Positions 21,740 through 31,312 of a stretch of 64,000 nt of DNA are shown here, in pieces. The position numbers and the translations under genes were made by a program. The stretch lies in assembly GCA_044229975.1 (NCBI GenBank), contig JBGARZ010000028.1, forward strand, positions 33,492 through 97,491, read 5' to 3'. Positions within the stretch are counted from its first letter, which is position 1. The number at the start of each line of letters is the position of its first letter. The DNA comes from Polyangiales bacterium. GTDB lineage: Bacteria > Myxococcota_A > Polyangia > Polyangiales > Ga0077539. The notes beneath the pieces were generated by a model. The model was not told where the DNA came from. It did no database searches and saw only the letters and a list, made by a program, of their open reading frames with translations.

Positions 21740-23830
21740 ATGTCGCTGTTCGATTCCATCAACAAGGTCATCGATGTCACCGCCCATGGGGTGAGGCCCG
21801 GCGCGCCGGGAGAAGCGCTCGTCGACAACACCGCGGCCTTCAACACCATCATCAACCGAGGCGGTAGCGACGGACTTCGGGTGAATACGGCGGGCTTCAG
21901 CCCTCCGTTTGTGGCGCCCCAGTACCGGGGTACGCTCTACCTGCCTCCCGGACGTTACCTGTTCCGAACGGACCCCGCCATAACGCTAAATTGGCTGATC
22001 AACTTCGCCAATGAGGTTGGCGTCAACGGCACGTTCAGGCAGGAGATGCAAGACGCGCAGCAAGCTCGGCTTGCGCGGCCGTTTGGGGATTCGGTGCGCT
22101 TCCCGGAGGGCACGACTTTGTGGCTGGCACCTGGCGCGGTCCTGGTCCCCGAGCGTGGCTGTGTCGTCGATATATCTTCGTTGCTCATCTGTGGAGATGA
22201 AGGCTGCTTTGATCTCTCGCTCGGTGGCCTAGTCGTGTTCGGTCGAGCCGTGCCCGTTCTCCGTCCGGAGTGGTGGAGGGTATCTAGTCCAGCTCGGAGC
22301 GGCGTTGAGGACGTCGGTGACTCTGCGGTCATTCAATACGCGATCGACGCCGCAATCCACAATCGATCAATTGTCTACCCTTTCGTGTATCCGCAGTACG
22401 TCGTGGCTGGTGGGCAAAACGTTCTATCCCGCTGGTATCGGGGCGAAAAGAGCATTCGGCGACCATCGTTGGTCGTCGAGTTTCGTGGCGAGTACACGTT
22501 GCAGCAGACCGTCAACGTTCGCGCTGACGCCCTTCACAATGGGATCTGGTTGCAGCGTAGGACGCCAGGTAACACTTCCGACTCCCTGCCGAGCGGCGCG
22601 ACCAGCTTCACGCGAGACGGTATCGCTAGTTCCGAGGCCGCGACCGTGCTCCGCGGCGTGTGGAACGGAGGCCGCTTTCGTGGGGCGACCTTGAACGCGG
22701 GCAAGCGATTGGGCGAAAATCCCCTGTTGCGGCTGACCTTCTGTCAAGGCATGACGGTCGAGAACCTCACCTTTGTGTGTCCATCGGGCGGCTATCAGCC
22801 CGGCATCGAGTTCCGAGCGTCGTCGGTCGAGGAGTTTGGTGGAGCTTTCCTGGCAGCAGCGCAGGACATCGCGGTTCGACAGTGTCGCTTTGACGGTACT
22901 GCCCAACCGATGGTGCAAGTCGGCGCTCGAACCGAGCTGTTCACTGGACGACCTCGCCTGACTGAACTCCCGTACGCGATAGGCCGCAACGATGCCGGCA
23001 CGGACCTCTCCCTGCTGTCTTTCGAGGACTGCGAGTTCGTGCTCTTCGACCGTGCGATCGGCATCGATGTGAGGGCCAACCAGTCTTTCGCGATGCGATA
23101 TACGCGCTGCGATTTCAAGGGAGGCGCGGCGGCGATGCTGTCACTGTGGGGAGGCTCGCACTACCTGCATGGCTGCCGCTTCTTCAACAACTGGCGGGTG
23201 CCATCCAGTACGCCCCTGCCGAGCAACCCTACGGATAGCCGCGGGTTCGAACTCCCCGACTCGTCAGACTTGTTCCTGCGAGCGGAGCTTCCGATGTTGG
23301 TCCCCGCAGCGGTGGCCGCCCCTCGCGGGGCACTCGCGGCCTACACTCGCCTGGCGTTATCGAGCCCAGGTGGTCAGGCCGTCGTCGTGACGAATCAAGA
23401 CTTCCTCCCGAGCGTCCTGACCCTCGGGTGCGTGTCAGACAGCGTTCAGTTTCTCTCCACGGTTGCACCGGGCCCCCTTGTCTCTGCTCAGAATGCTGAC
23501 TGGCCTGTGGTGCTGGTGGGCACCCGTCATCGGGCGCCTTCGGGCTCGGTTGCTCCTTCCGTGCGCTGGGGGCTCATCAACACCGCGAGGGTGGCGACTC
23601 GGGGACCCGACTCGAGGCGCGACATGAAGCGCGGGGGGCCGTTGGCCATCGTGGGAGGGTTCTATTCGGGCGGAATGTTCGTCCTTCGAGCGGCATGCCA
23701 GAGCGCGGTCGTGGGCGCGAGGATGGGAGTCACCCCAGGCGTCTGGATGGAGGGTGGAGCCAATCCTGTCGGTAGCTGGCCGGCGACGACGGTCTTCGGT
23801 CTCCGTGCGGATCAGGGGAGACCCCTGTAA
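21740..23830 (+). CDS. Tailspike/pectate-lyase-like beta-helix protein, paralog A
   Basis: IDVTAHGV..DNTAAFN..GTLYLPPGRY; second cap RPEWW..DSAVIQYAIDAA; periodic ..C.F. coils; no signal peptide. Confidence 0.72.
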   Translation: MSLFDSINKVIDVTAHGVRPGAPGEALVDNTAAFNTIINRGGSDGLRVNTAGFSPPFVAPQYRGTLYLPPGRYLFRTDPAITLNWLINFANEVGVNGTFRQEMQDAQQARLARPFGDSVRFPEGTTLWLAPGAVLVPERGCVVDISSLLICGDEGCFDLSLGGLVVFGRAVPVLRPEWWRVSSPARSGVEDVGDSAVIQYAIDAAIHNRSIVYPFVYPQYVVAGGQNVLSRWYRGEKSIRRPSLVVEFRGEYTLQQTVNVRADALHNGIWLQRRTPGNTSDSLPSGATSFTRDGIASSEAATVLRGVWNGGRFRGATLNAGKRLGENPLLRLTFCQGMTVENLTFVCPSGGYQPGIEFRASSVEEFGGAFLAAAQDIAVRQCRFDGTAQPMVQVGARTELFTGRPRLTELPYAIGRNDAGTDLSLLSFEDCEFVLFDRAIGIDVRANQSFAMRYTRCDFKGGAAAMLSLWGGSHYLHGCRFFNNWRVPSSTPLPSNPTDSRGFELPDSSDLFLRAELPMLVPAAVAAPRGALAAYTRLALSSPGGQAVVVTNQDFLPSVLTLGCVSDSVQFLSTVAPGPLVSAQNADWPVVLVGTRHRAPSGSVAPSVRWGLINTARVATRGPDSRRDMKRGGPLAIVGGFYSGGMFVLRAACQSAVVGARMGVTPGVWMEGGANPVGSWPATTVFGLRADQGRPL

Positions 23831-23838
23831 GCCGATCG

Positions 23839-25800
23839 ATGCGCGAAGAGAGGTGTCGAGTGGTCAAGCGATCCGGCGGGCGGCGATGGTGTGCTTTGGG
23901 TGCGACTCTGCTCTTTGCCGGGTGCTCGAAAGAGGCGGCGAGCCATGTGGCGCACGACGCGTCTGTCGATCGGTCAGCCGTTGCCGTGGACGTTTCGGAC
24001 ATCGCCGGGGACGTCTCGGACATCGGCGAGGACGTTGCCTCGTCGCCGGACGCTGGAATCGATGTGGTGACGCCCCGTGACGACGGACGCCGTGATGTTG
24101 TCGTGGTTCGCGACGCTGGGTCTCGCGACGCCGGCGCTATCGTCCCAGTGGACCTCGGGCCGGCGCTGGAGGTTCCCCTCGATCCGATGGGTGTTCCGGC
24201 ACCGGGAAGTGAATGCACCGGAGATGCGGGCGTGCGACCGGGCGACCCCAGCATCGCGCCACCGCGACCTATCCTGCCGCAGTCGGTGTCGCGAGTCACC
24301 TCGCAGAGGCCGTCGTTTCGCTGGGTGCTGCCTGAGGGGACAACGGGCGCGCGAGTCGAGGTCTGCGCCGACCGATGCTGCGTACGGGTGATCCAGACGC
24401 TGGAGGCCGAAGGGACGACGGTGCGGCCAACAACAGCGCTGCCGCCGGGGGTGGTGTATTGGCGGATGTTCGGCCGCCGGGCGGGGATGACGGGGTCGCG
24501 GGCGTCCTACACATGGGAGTTCGAGGTGCGGCGAAGGGACACGCCCGTCGACTCCAGTTGGGGGACGATTCGGGACTTCACGGGGGACGGGTATGACGAT
24601 CTGTTGATGCGGGCTGATGATTACAATTCCGACGGGACACGATCACTATACGTTGTAGAAGGAGCGCTGGGCGGGCCGAGGCCGCCGCGTTTGATTGCTC
24701 AGTTGAACGTCGTCCCATACCTCGGTCGGGCGAAGGTGGGCGATTTCAATGGCGATGGTCGCGCAGACATCGCCTATTATTCAAGTGACAGTGAGCATAG
24801 CGTAGTTGGAGTCGTCCAAAGTGAGGCGGCTGGATCACACCGCGCCTTCTCGATTGGATTCCCTCGTGCGGAGCAAATTGGGATGAGCGGACCGACAATA
24901 GTGGACTGGGACGGTGATGGATACTCAGATCTTGTGGCCACAGCCTATAGTCGGCCAGTGGACGACTTCTGGGGATCTCTGTTGCTGATCTATCGGGGAT
25001 CGCCGAGCGGGCTTTCTGCCCGTCCGCAGTCGATCGCCCGAATGTCGACACGTCTAGGTCCGTTGATCTATATCCACGGATCTGTTAGCGACGTTGATAG
25101 TGATGGTTATGGCGACATCATGATTGCGTATCTGGCGGGTAACGGACGACACCTTGGTTATTCGCTGGTGTTTGGCGGCGAGCAGGCGGCGGTTCGTTCT
25201 GAACCCCTCTGGTCGACGGCGGTCCCCGATGGATTAAGCGATGGCCAGGCGCTGTTGCAGTGTGTCGCGGATGTGGACGGCGATGGCCAGGGAGATCAAG
25301 TTGTATCGCTTTTGGGATCGCCCGGATTCTACCTCTTTCGACATGCATCGGGGTTCGACGTGCCATCTTCGTTCATGTTGGCACCGCCAACCGCCGGAGG
25401 AGCAGATTTCGGATTCATCGTAGAGCCGACCGACCTGAACGGTGATGGTTTCGCCGACCTACTCGTGAGGTCGTCCAGCAGCGCGACCGAAACCTGGGGA
25501 ATGACTGGTTTCCCGTTCAACGCCGGACGCATGTACGTCTACTTTGGCGCACGAGATGGCGTGTTCGCTGATCCAATCTGGTTTGACCGGATGCGACCGA
25601 CGGATCCTGCCGACAACCCGCGTGCCTTCGCCGCGACGGTGCTGTCTCCGGGGGACCTCAATGGAGATGGCTTCGACGACGCGGCGATAGGTGATCTCTC
25701 GCGACGCGCGTGTTGTTACGTGATGGGAAGCACCAGTCCGGTGGGGTCGCATCTTGGCGGATGTCTCGCGATTCCTGGACACGGCTTGGATCTCTACTGA
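23839..25800 (+). CDS. FG-GAP/VCBS repeat lipoprotein
   Basis: LLFAGC lipobox; repeated DFNGDGRAD, DWDGDGYSD, DLNGDGFAD, DLNGDGFDD; AGRMYVYFG. Confidence 0.85.
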   Translation: MREERCRVVKRSGGRRWCALGATLLFAGCSKEAASHVAHDASVDRSAVAVDVSDIAGDVSDIGEDVASSPDAGIDVVTPRDDGRRDVVVVRDAGSRDAGAIVPVDLGPALEVPLDPMGVPAPGSECTGDAGVRPGDPSIAPPRPILPQSVSRVTSQRPSFRWVLPEGTTGARVEVCADRCCVRVIQTLEAEGTTVRPTTALPPGVVYWRMFGRRAGMTGSRASYTWEFEVRRRDTPVDSSWGTIRDFTGDGYDDLLMRADDYNSDGTRSLYVVEGALGGPRPPRLIAQLNVVPYLGRAKVGDFNGDGRADIAYYSSDSEHSVVGVVQSEAAGSHRAFSIGFPRAEQIGMSGPTIVDWDGDGYSDLVATAYSRPVDDFWGSLLLIYRGSPSGLSARPQSIARMSTRLGPLIYIHGSVSDVDSDGYGDIMIAYLAGNGRHLGYSLVFGGEQAAVRSEPLWSTAVPDGLSDGQALLQCVADVDGDGQGDQVVSLLGSPGFYLFRHASGFDVPSSFMLAPPTAGGADFGFIVEPTDLNGDGFADLLVRSSSSATETWGMTGFPFNAGRMYVYFGARDGVFADPIWFDRMRPTDPADNPRAFAATVLSPGDLNGDGFDDAAIGDLSRRACCYVMGSTSPVGSHLGGCLAIPGHGLDLY

Positions 25801-25809
25801 GAGGTTAAG

Positions 25810-27737
25810 ATGTCGGACGACTACGGATCAGAACTACGCAACGTTCTCAACGGTATTCTGCCTGATCAACGACCTCTGGCGGCCGACGTCACCTCCTACG
25901 GACCTTCCATATCGAGCGTGTTCAGGTCTCTCGCTCGCATCGTCTCGGATCCGGTGGGTGGCACCACTGGCACGCCACCTCAGATTCTATATTTTCCGCC
26001 TGGGCGCTATGTACTAAACCGTAGCCCCGAACTTAACGCGGAGACATTTACGGTTCCCAAGGAGTCGAACTCTTCTTTGCCAATGACGCCATTCTCCGCG
26101 TCGGCCCGGGCGTTACGCTGGTGATCGCCGGGACGATCCGCGCAGGTCAGCAACAGATCTTCGGCTTCAATCGCTTCGAGATATCAGGCCGTTTCGATCG
26201 CGAAGGCCGTTTCGATCCGGCGGGCAGCAACCTTCGACTCGGCGTGTCGTTCCCCATCCCGAACGGCATGGTACCGGGTGTACCTGCGACGGTCACCTGG
26301 CCGGTCGGGGTAGTCGATGAGTCCGGGCGCCGGGTACCCTGTGGACGAGTCGTGATCTCCAGCGACGACGTTCCGCTGGTCCGTCCCGAGTGGTGGGGCG
26401 CCCGTGCTTGGGATGTGTCAGAGATCCAGGCGGCGACCACACCGCCTGCGGGCCACGACTCCTGGGATGCCTTTCAGGGTGCGATCGACGCGGCCTGCAT
26501 CGGACGTGCGGTGCGAGGTCGGCCCCCGATCCCCATCGCATTGACGGGGCTGTACCAGATCGTCCGCGCGTTGGAGATCCGTCCGCCGACGGGCCCGAGT
26601 GGGGCCTTGATTCCCACTTGTCTGGTGTGGCGTGGGACTGCGGGTTTGCGTAGTCGGCTGGCCACTGTGGCACGCAATCCTTTGGCGGCACGCACCAAAC
26701 GTGGGCAACCCGCCGAGGTCCTCTTGCGGTTGCATCCAGGGGTTGACTTCGATCTTCGGGACGTCAGCCTCAGCACCGACTTGAACATCGATGGTGTGAT
26801 CGAGGTCGTCTGCGACGATAGCGAAGCTTCGGGACGACGGGGCCTCCTGAAAAGAGTCACTCTCACCGGAACCGCAGCACAGTTTCTGTTGCGAATCGTC
26901 GAGACGGGTAACTCGACCGCGCGTCGTCAGTTTGTTGTTGACAGTTGTGCCTTGGTGCAGATTCCCAATCTTCCATGTCGCCACGACGTGCAACTCGACA
27001 CCGGCCCCGGGGTCATGCTTCGAGTCAGCAACACGCTGATGGGACCGCCTACGCAACCGAACGAAGTTCTGCAGTTGACTCCCGAGGCCATCGGCCACGC
27101 GACCTGCCATCTGACAGGAGGAGCCGCGCTGTTGGATTCGCTGTTGTTCCACCAGGCGCTAGGGCCGCGTCCGTCGCGCGATCCCCCGCTGCTCGACGAG
27201 CCCGATGGTCAAGACATCTTCCTCGGAGCCCCGAGCAAGGGTAGTGGCCGTCCGGCGACTCAACTGACGGTCATGATGTGTGAGTCGCAGGGCTTCTGGC
27301 TGCTTGGACGCGATTCTAACGTGACCCGGGCTCATCAAGCGGTGTTGCTCGGTGTGGCTCACTACCTGTCCGTTGATGCGAGGAACGATCTCCGTTGGAC
27401 TGAATGGACCAGGCAGCCGCCGCCAACGGAGGCGCAAGCGTCGTCGCGCATGGTCCCGAGCGTGGTCTGGCGAGGGGCGGTCGGACAGTGCGTAATGATC
27501 GGATGTCGGCTGGGGATGTCGATGGTGCTAAGTGAAGCCGATACCATCGTGAACGTGGCGACGACCTTCAACAACCTGGATGTAGGGGATAGCCGCAAGT
27601 TGTACCTGCGTGAAGAGCACATGGTTCGGAGGGGGACTGGATACACGCACCCCGACCTCGCGATGGCATCCAACACCTTCGACGGTGCCGTGCGGCACCT
27701 GGTGCCTATCCTCGAAGACGGCAGGATGGTGCGATGA
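25810..27737 (+). pseudogene. Tailspike-like beta-helix paralog B, split by a frameshift near 26056-26060 (ORFs 25810-26124 and 26121-27737)
   Basis: Frame 1 gives LYFPPGRY..TFTVP; the -1 frame continues QGVELFFANDAILRVGPGVTLVIAG, matching FPEGTTLWLAPGAVL and IPSDVTMAFAPGAVL in the paralogs; RPEWWGA..DSWDAFQGAIDAA. Confidence 0.75.
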
Positions 27738-29260
27738 CACTCGGGGCATTTTTCAGTCCCTTCGGCGACAGCGTCGGGAGTGAGTCTGGGTTTGAGGACA
27801 GCATCCGTCTGCGGGATACGTTGAGCTTCATGACAAGCGAGGCGAGCCGCAATGCCCCACTGATTCTGTGGGTCTCGCGCTCCGCCCGTCTCTTGATGCC
27901 TATCGACTTCACGATTCCGAGCGATGTGACCATGGCGTTCGCCCCCGGCGCCGTGCTCACCGTTGGCGAGGGTGCCACGCTCGACATCGCGGGGCGCCTC
28001 GACATCGGTCCGGGCCGTCACTTTCAACGTAACGGAGGGCGGATCGTCCTGCGCGGACCCCTCGATGAGATCGACGCCTCATGGTGGGCGGACGAGCGTT
28101 CGAGGGGCACGTCAGTTGTCGAGGCGCTTGACGTCCTGTGGGACCGCTATGAGCGCAGCTTGCCCCAGGCGCCGATCGTTCTTACCGGGCCCTACTGGTT
28201 GGAAGAGACGCTCCGAGTGGTCCCTCCCGAGTCGCTGGTTCCGGCATCCGGTCTTCCCTTCGACGTGGTGATGCGAGGTCGGCACTATGGTCGGAGTAGC
28301 CCGACGACCTTTGGGGTGAGCGCATCCAAGTCGGTCGGTGCCCTCGATGCGCTGGTCGCGGTGGACGGCACGGTGGTGCTCACGCTGGAGAACATCGGTT
28401 TCGATCTCGCTCGTCCGGAGGGCTTCCCGGCGGTGCGTGCAGCGCTGCTGCTCACGGGCGCATACGACCGCAGCCGCATCGAAGCGTGTACCTTCCGGCT
28501 GGCTGGAGGCACGGGCGTTCATGTGACGACGCTCTGGGACGTGTGGCGTCAGGTCACGGGCGAGGTGCCCAACAGCTTCACGGGCCTGGAAATCGCTTTC
28601 GCTCTCCCCGTGCTCGAGGCGAGAGCGACCCGGCAGGCCAGTAGGCTCGTCATCGCGGGCTGCGATTTTGAGGGCGGCGATGGGGCCAGCGTCGGCGTAC
28701 GAGTCGATCTCGTGGCTCCGACCATGCTCGACGTCTCGGACTGCCTGTTTCGCGGGGCATACCATCGCGGCATCTCCTTCCCTAGTGCTGACCTGATGGT
28801 GACCAACTGCGCCTTCGACAACACGACCACAGCGACGACGACCGAACCGTTGCCCGCGGTGGACATCTTCCTCGGTTCCCGAGAGCGCCTGCCGGATGGC
28901 TTTACCCGGTTGGCTGGAGCCAACGCTCAGTTCACCGCAACCCACTGTGTCTCTACCAGCCCGATCTTCCTTGTGGCGCAACGGGTGTTCCTCCCGGGCG
29001 ACTCGGGTGGCGCAGTGCTTACCAACGTCCTTCACCAACCTCGCCTGAGGGCCAGTGACGCAGAGGCGACCTCTATCCAGTTGATGGGCGCGTACGAGAG
29101 TCGCAGCCTGGTGCTTCAGGGGTGTGAACTGGGTGGATCGGTGCGCTTCGTCAGCGTGTCGGCGATTGGAGTCGTGGTCGAACTCGGAACCCGCTTCGCT
29201 ATCGGCGTCGTTCCTTACGTCGGCTTGGCCAATGCCATGGTGGGCCTCGAAGCTCCGTGA
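27734..29260 (+). CDS. Tailspike-like beta-helix protein, paralog C
   Basis: FAPGAVL, IDASWW, IEACTF/IAGCDF/VSDCLF/VTNCAF coils, DIFLG; ATGA overlap with the previous gene. Confidence 0.72.
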   Translation: MTLGAFFSPFGDSVGSESGFEDSIRLRDTLSFMTSEASRNAPLILWVSRSARLLMPIDFTIPSDVTMAFAPGAVLTVGEGATLDIAGRLDIGPGRHFQRNGGRIVLRGPLDEIDASWWADERSRGTSVVEALDVLWDRYERSLPQAPIVLTGPYWLEETLRVVPPESLVPASGLPFDVVMRGRHYGRSSPTTFGVSASKSVGALDALVAVDGTVVLTLENIGFDLARPEGFPAVRAALLLTGAYDRSRIEACTFRLAGGTGVHVTTLWDVWRQVTGEVPNSFTGLEIAFALPVLEARATRQASRLVIAGCDFEGGDGASVGVRVDLVAPTMLDVSDCLFRGAYHRGISFPSADLMVTNCAFDNTTTATTTEPLPAVDIFLGSRERLPDGFTRLAGANAQFTATHCVSTSPIFLVAQRVFLPGDSGGAVLTNVLHQPRLRASDAEATSIQLMGAYESRSLVLQGCELGGSVRFVSVSAIGVVVELGTRFAIGVVPYVGLANAMVGLEAP

Positions 29261-29327
29261 CATCGCCCGGCGCCCCTCCGCTTCGCTCCGGGTGAGGGCG
29301 CACTGGGTGGACCTGAGCGGTCGCTTG

Positions 29328-31232
29328 TCAGCCTCGCGAAGCCCGACGCCGTCGCCGCACGCTCGCGACCACCGCCAGCGCCGCGACGCACAGCCCGCCC
29401 GGCACGCTTCCGCGCCCGCTCGTCGGCCCCGCGCTGCACCCGCCTTCGAGCGCGCCCGTCGTCTCGCTGACCTCGTCGCCCACGAGCCCGCCGTCCGTCT
29501 TCATCGGCGTCTCATCCCCCGCATCGGGCTCCTCGACCACCGTGCCCGCGTCGACTTCCTCACCCGCGTCCGCCGTCACCACCGGTACGTCCACCGCCGC
29601 CGGCGGAACGTCCCTCGTCGGCGTCCCGGCGTCCGCGACCGGCGCCACCGCGCGCGGGCTCACCCGCACCTGGCAGCGCGCGTCGGTCTCCCCGCCAAAC
29701 CACGTGACGCTCTCCTGCAACGGCCCGTAGGTCTCCGTCAGCGTCGTCGGGGTCGCCACGTCGGGGATGCCCAGCACGAAGGAGAACCGCCCCACCGCGC
29801 CCGGCGCCGTCGCGCGGTCGACGCCCGACGGGCGGTTGCGCGAGACCCAGTTCTTCTCGTCGAAGAAGGTGCCGTTGTGGTCGCGCGGGCCCGTGGTGCC
29901 CAGCCGCGTCGACGCGATGGCCCACGTCGCCGTCCCCGTGTTGCGGAACTCGAACCATGCCACCGGCCGCTCGCCCGACGTCGCAGTCGTGGGGCAGCTC
30001 GCGCCCACGAAGGTCGCCGCGTAGGCGGGCGTCGTCGGCGTCGGAGGCGCCACGCTGCCGTTGCCGCGGACGAGGTCGAGGTAGTGCGACCAGTTCCACC
30101 CGGCGCCGCCGTTGCCGGGGTCGGTGTGGCCGCCCGCGCCGCCGCAGTTGGTGGCGTTGGTCGCGCACGGCGCCCCGCTCCCGCTCCGCGGAACCTGGTA
30201 GTGCCCGATGATGTGCGCCCGATCGATGGGGATGCCGTAGCGGTCGCAGATCGCCCTCGTGAGGCGCGCGCTCGCGACGTACATCGCCTCGGTGTACCAG
30301 CGGCCCGGGTCGGCTACGTAGCCCTCGTGCTCGATGCCGATGGAGCGCTGGTTGATGTTCCAGTTGCCGGCGTGCCACGCGGTGTTGGAGTGCGCGACCA
30401 TCTGCGTGATCTCGCCGTCCGACGAGCGGATGTTGTAGTGCGCCGACGCTCCCGCCGCGGGGTTCTGAAACCACGACGTGCTGCCCGAGTAGGAGCCCTG
30501 CATCGTGTGGATCACCACGTACTGGATGCTCCCGCCCGTGCGCCCCGCGGTGTAGTTGCTCGTCGACGCGGGCACCCAGCGCGCGGGCCCGTAGTCGGCG
30601 CTCGCGGACACCGCCTGCGTCACCCCGAGGCGCGCCTCCGCCTGCGGGAGTGACGGGTGCGCCGCGACGCGAATACCCTCGCCGGTAAACGCCCGTCCCG
30701 ACACGCCCGACCGCAGCACACCAAACACCTGCGACGCGTAGGACACCTGCATCACCCGGTCGCGCAGACCCGAGTAGCGCGCCACGGCCTCGGCCCAGGT
30801 CGCGAGATCATCGGGGTCGGCGCCGGTCTGCTCACCGAGTTCTGCGAGCACCGCGGCGGCGCCCGCCACGCCGAGGCCCGTGTTGGTGCGCAGGGCCTCG
30901 TCGCCAACGCCCAGGAGCGCCCGCGCCCGCGCGGCGGTGTCGATGGCGCCCGTCGCGCGGAGGTGCAGCGCGCCGAGCTCGACCTGTCCGTGCGCCTCAT
31001 GCGCGCTCTCGTCAGTGTGATCGTCGACGACCACCGGGTTGCCGAAGCGCGTCTCCGACCAGGCCACCGCCGCGAGCAGGTCGCGCGGGACTTCGTAGGC
31101 CGTCGCCGCGCGGGTGATGGCCTCGTCGAGGGTGACCGCCCCGGCGAAGGTCGCTGGGTCGACCGGAGCGCGCCCACAGCTCACCAGAAACAGGGCCGAC
31201 AGGGGGAGGGCGAAGCGGAGCCTTGAGCGCAT
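29328..31232 (-). CDS. N-acetylmuramoyl-L-alanine amidase (Amidase_2) lipoprotein with lysozyme-like N-region, Ig-like module and MYXO-CTERM-like tail
   Basis: VVIHTMQG, ASAHY, AWHAGN, SIGIEHEG, IIGH, HTDPG; LLAAVAWSETRF; GGCS + TM + RRRRR. Confidence 0.9.
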   Translation of the reverse strand: MRSRLRFALPLSALFLVSCGRAPVDPATFAGAVTLDEAITRAATAYEVPRDLLAAVAWSETRFGNPVVVDDHTDESAHEAHGQVELGALHLRATGAIDTAARARALLGVGDEALRTNTGLGVAGAAAVLAELGEQTGADPDDLATWAEAVARYSGLRDRVMQVSYASQVFGVLRSGVSGRAFTGEGIRVAAHPSLPQAEARLGVTQAVSASADYGPARWVPASTSNYTAGRTGGSIQYVVIHTMQGSYSGSTSWFQNPAAGASAHYNIRSSDGEITQMVAHSNTAWHAGNWNINQRSIGIEHEGYVADPGRWYTEAMYVASARLTRAICDRYGIPIDRAHIIGHYQVPRSGSGAPCATNATNCGGAGGHTDPGNGGAGWNWSHYLDLVRGNGSVAPPTPTTPAYAATFVGASCPTTATSGERPVAWFEFRNTGTATWAIASTRLGTTGPRDHNGTFFDEKNWVSRNRPSGVDRATAPGAVGRFSFVLGIPDVATPTTLTETYGPLQESVTWFGGETDARCQVRVSPRAVAPVADAGTPTRDVPPAAVDVPVVTADAGEEVDAGTVVEEPDAGDETPMKTDGGLVGDEVSETTGALEGGCSAGPTSGRGSVPGGLCVAALAVVASVRRRRRASRG

Positions 31233-31312
31233 GGGCGCACGATGCCAGCAATCACCGTGCCCCGTCACGGCGCCCTCGGAGCAACACCACGGTTGGGGTA
31301 TAGGTCCCGCCC

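Larger units (their letters stand above)
19950..29260. mobile_element. Lower-GC genomic island (no mobility gene seen)
   Basis: Visibly more A/T-ending codons than the flanks; co-oriented hypothetical and tailspike-like genes; boundaries approximate. Confidence 0.55.

Noticed and set aside
26050..26065. Programmed -1 ribosomal frameshift
   Set aside because: No canonical slippery heptamer, so it is reported only as an unexplained frameshift.
19950..29260. Intact prophage or integron cassette array
   Set aside because: No integrase, terminase, capsid, lysis genes, att direct repeats or attC-like sites between genes.
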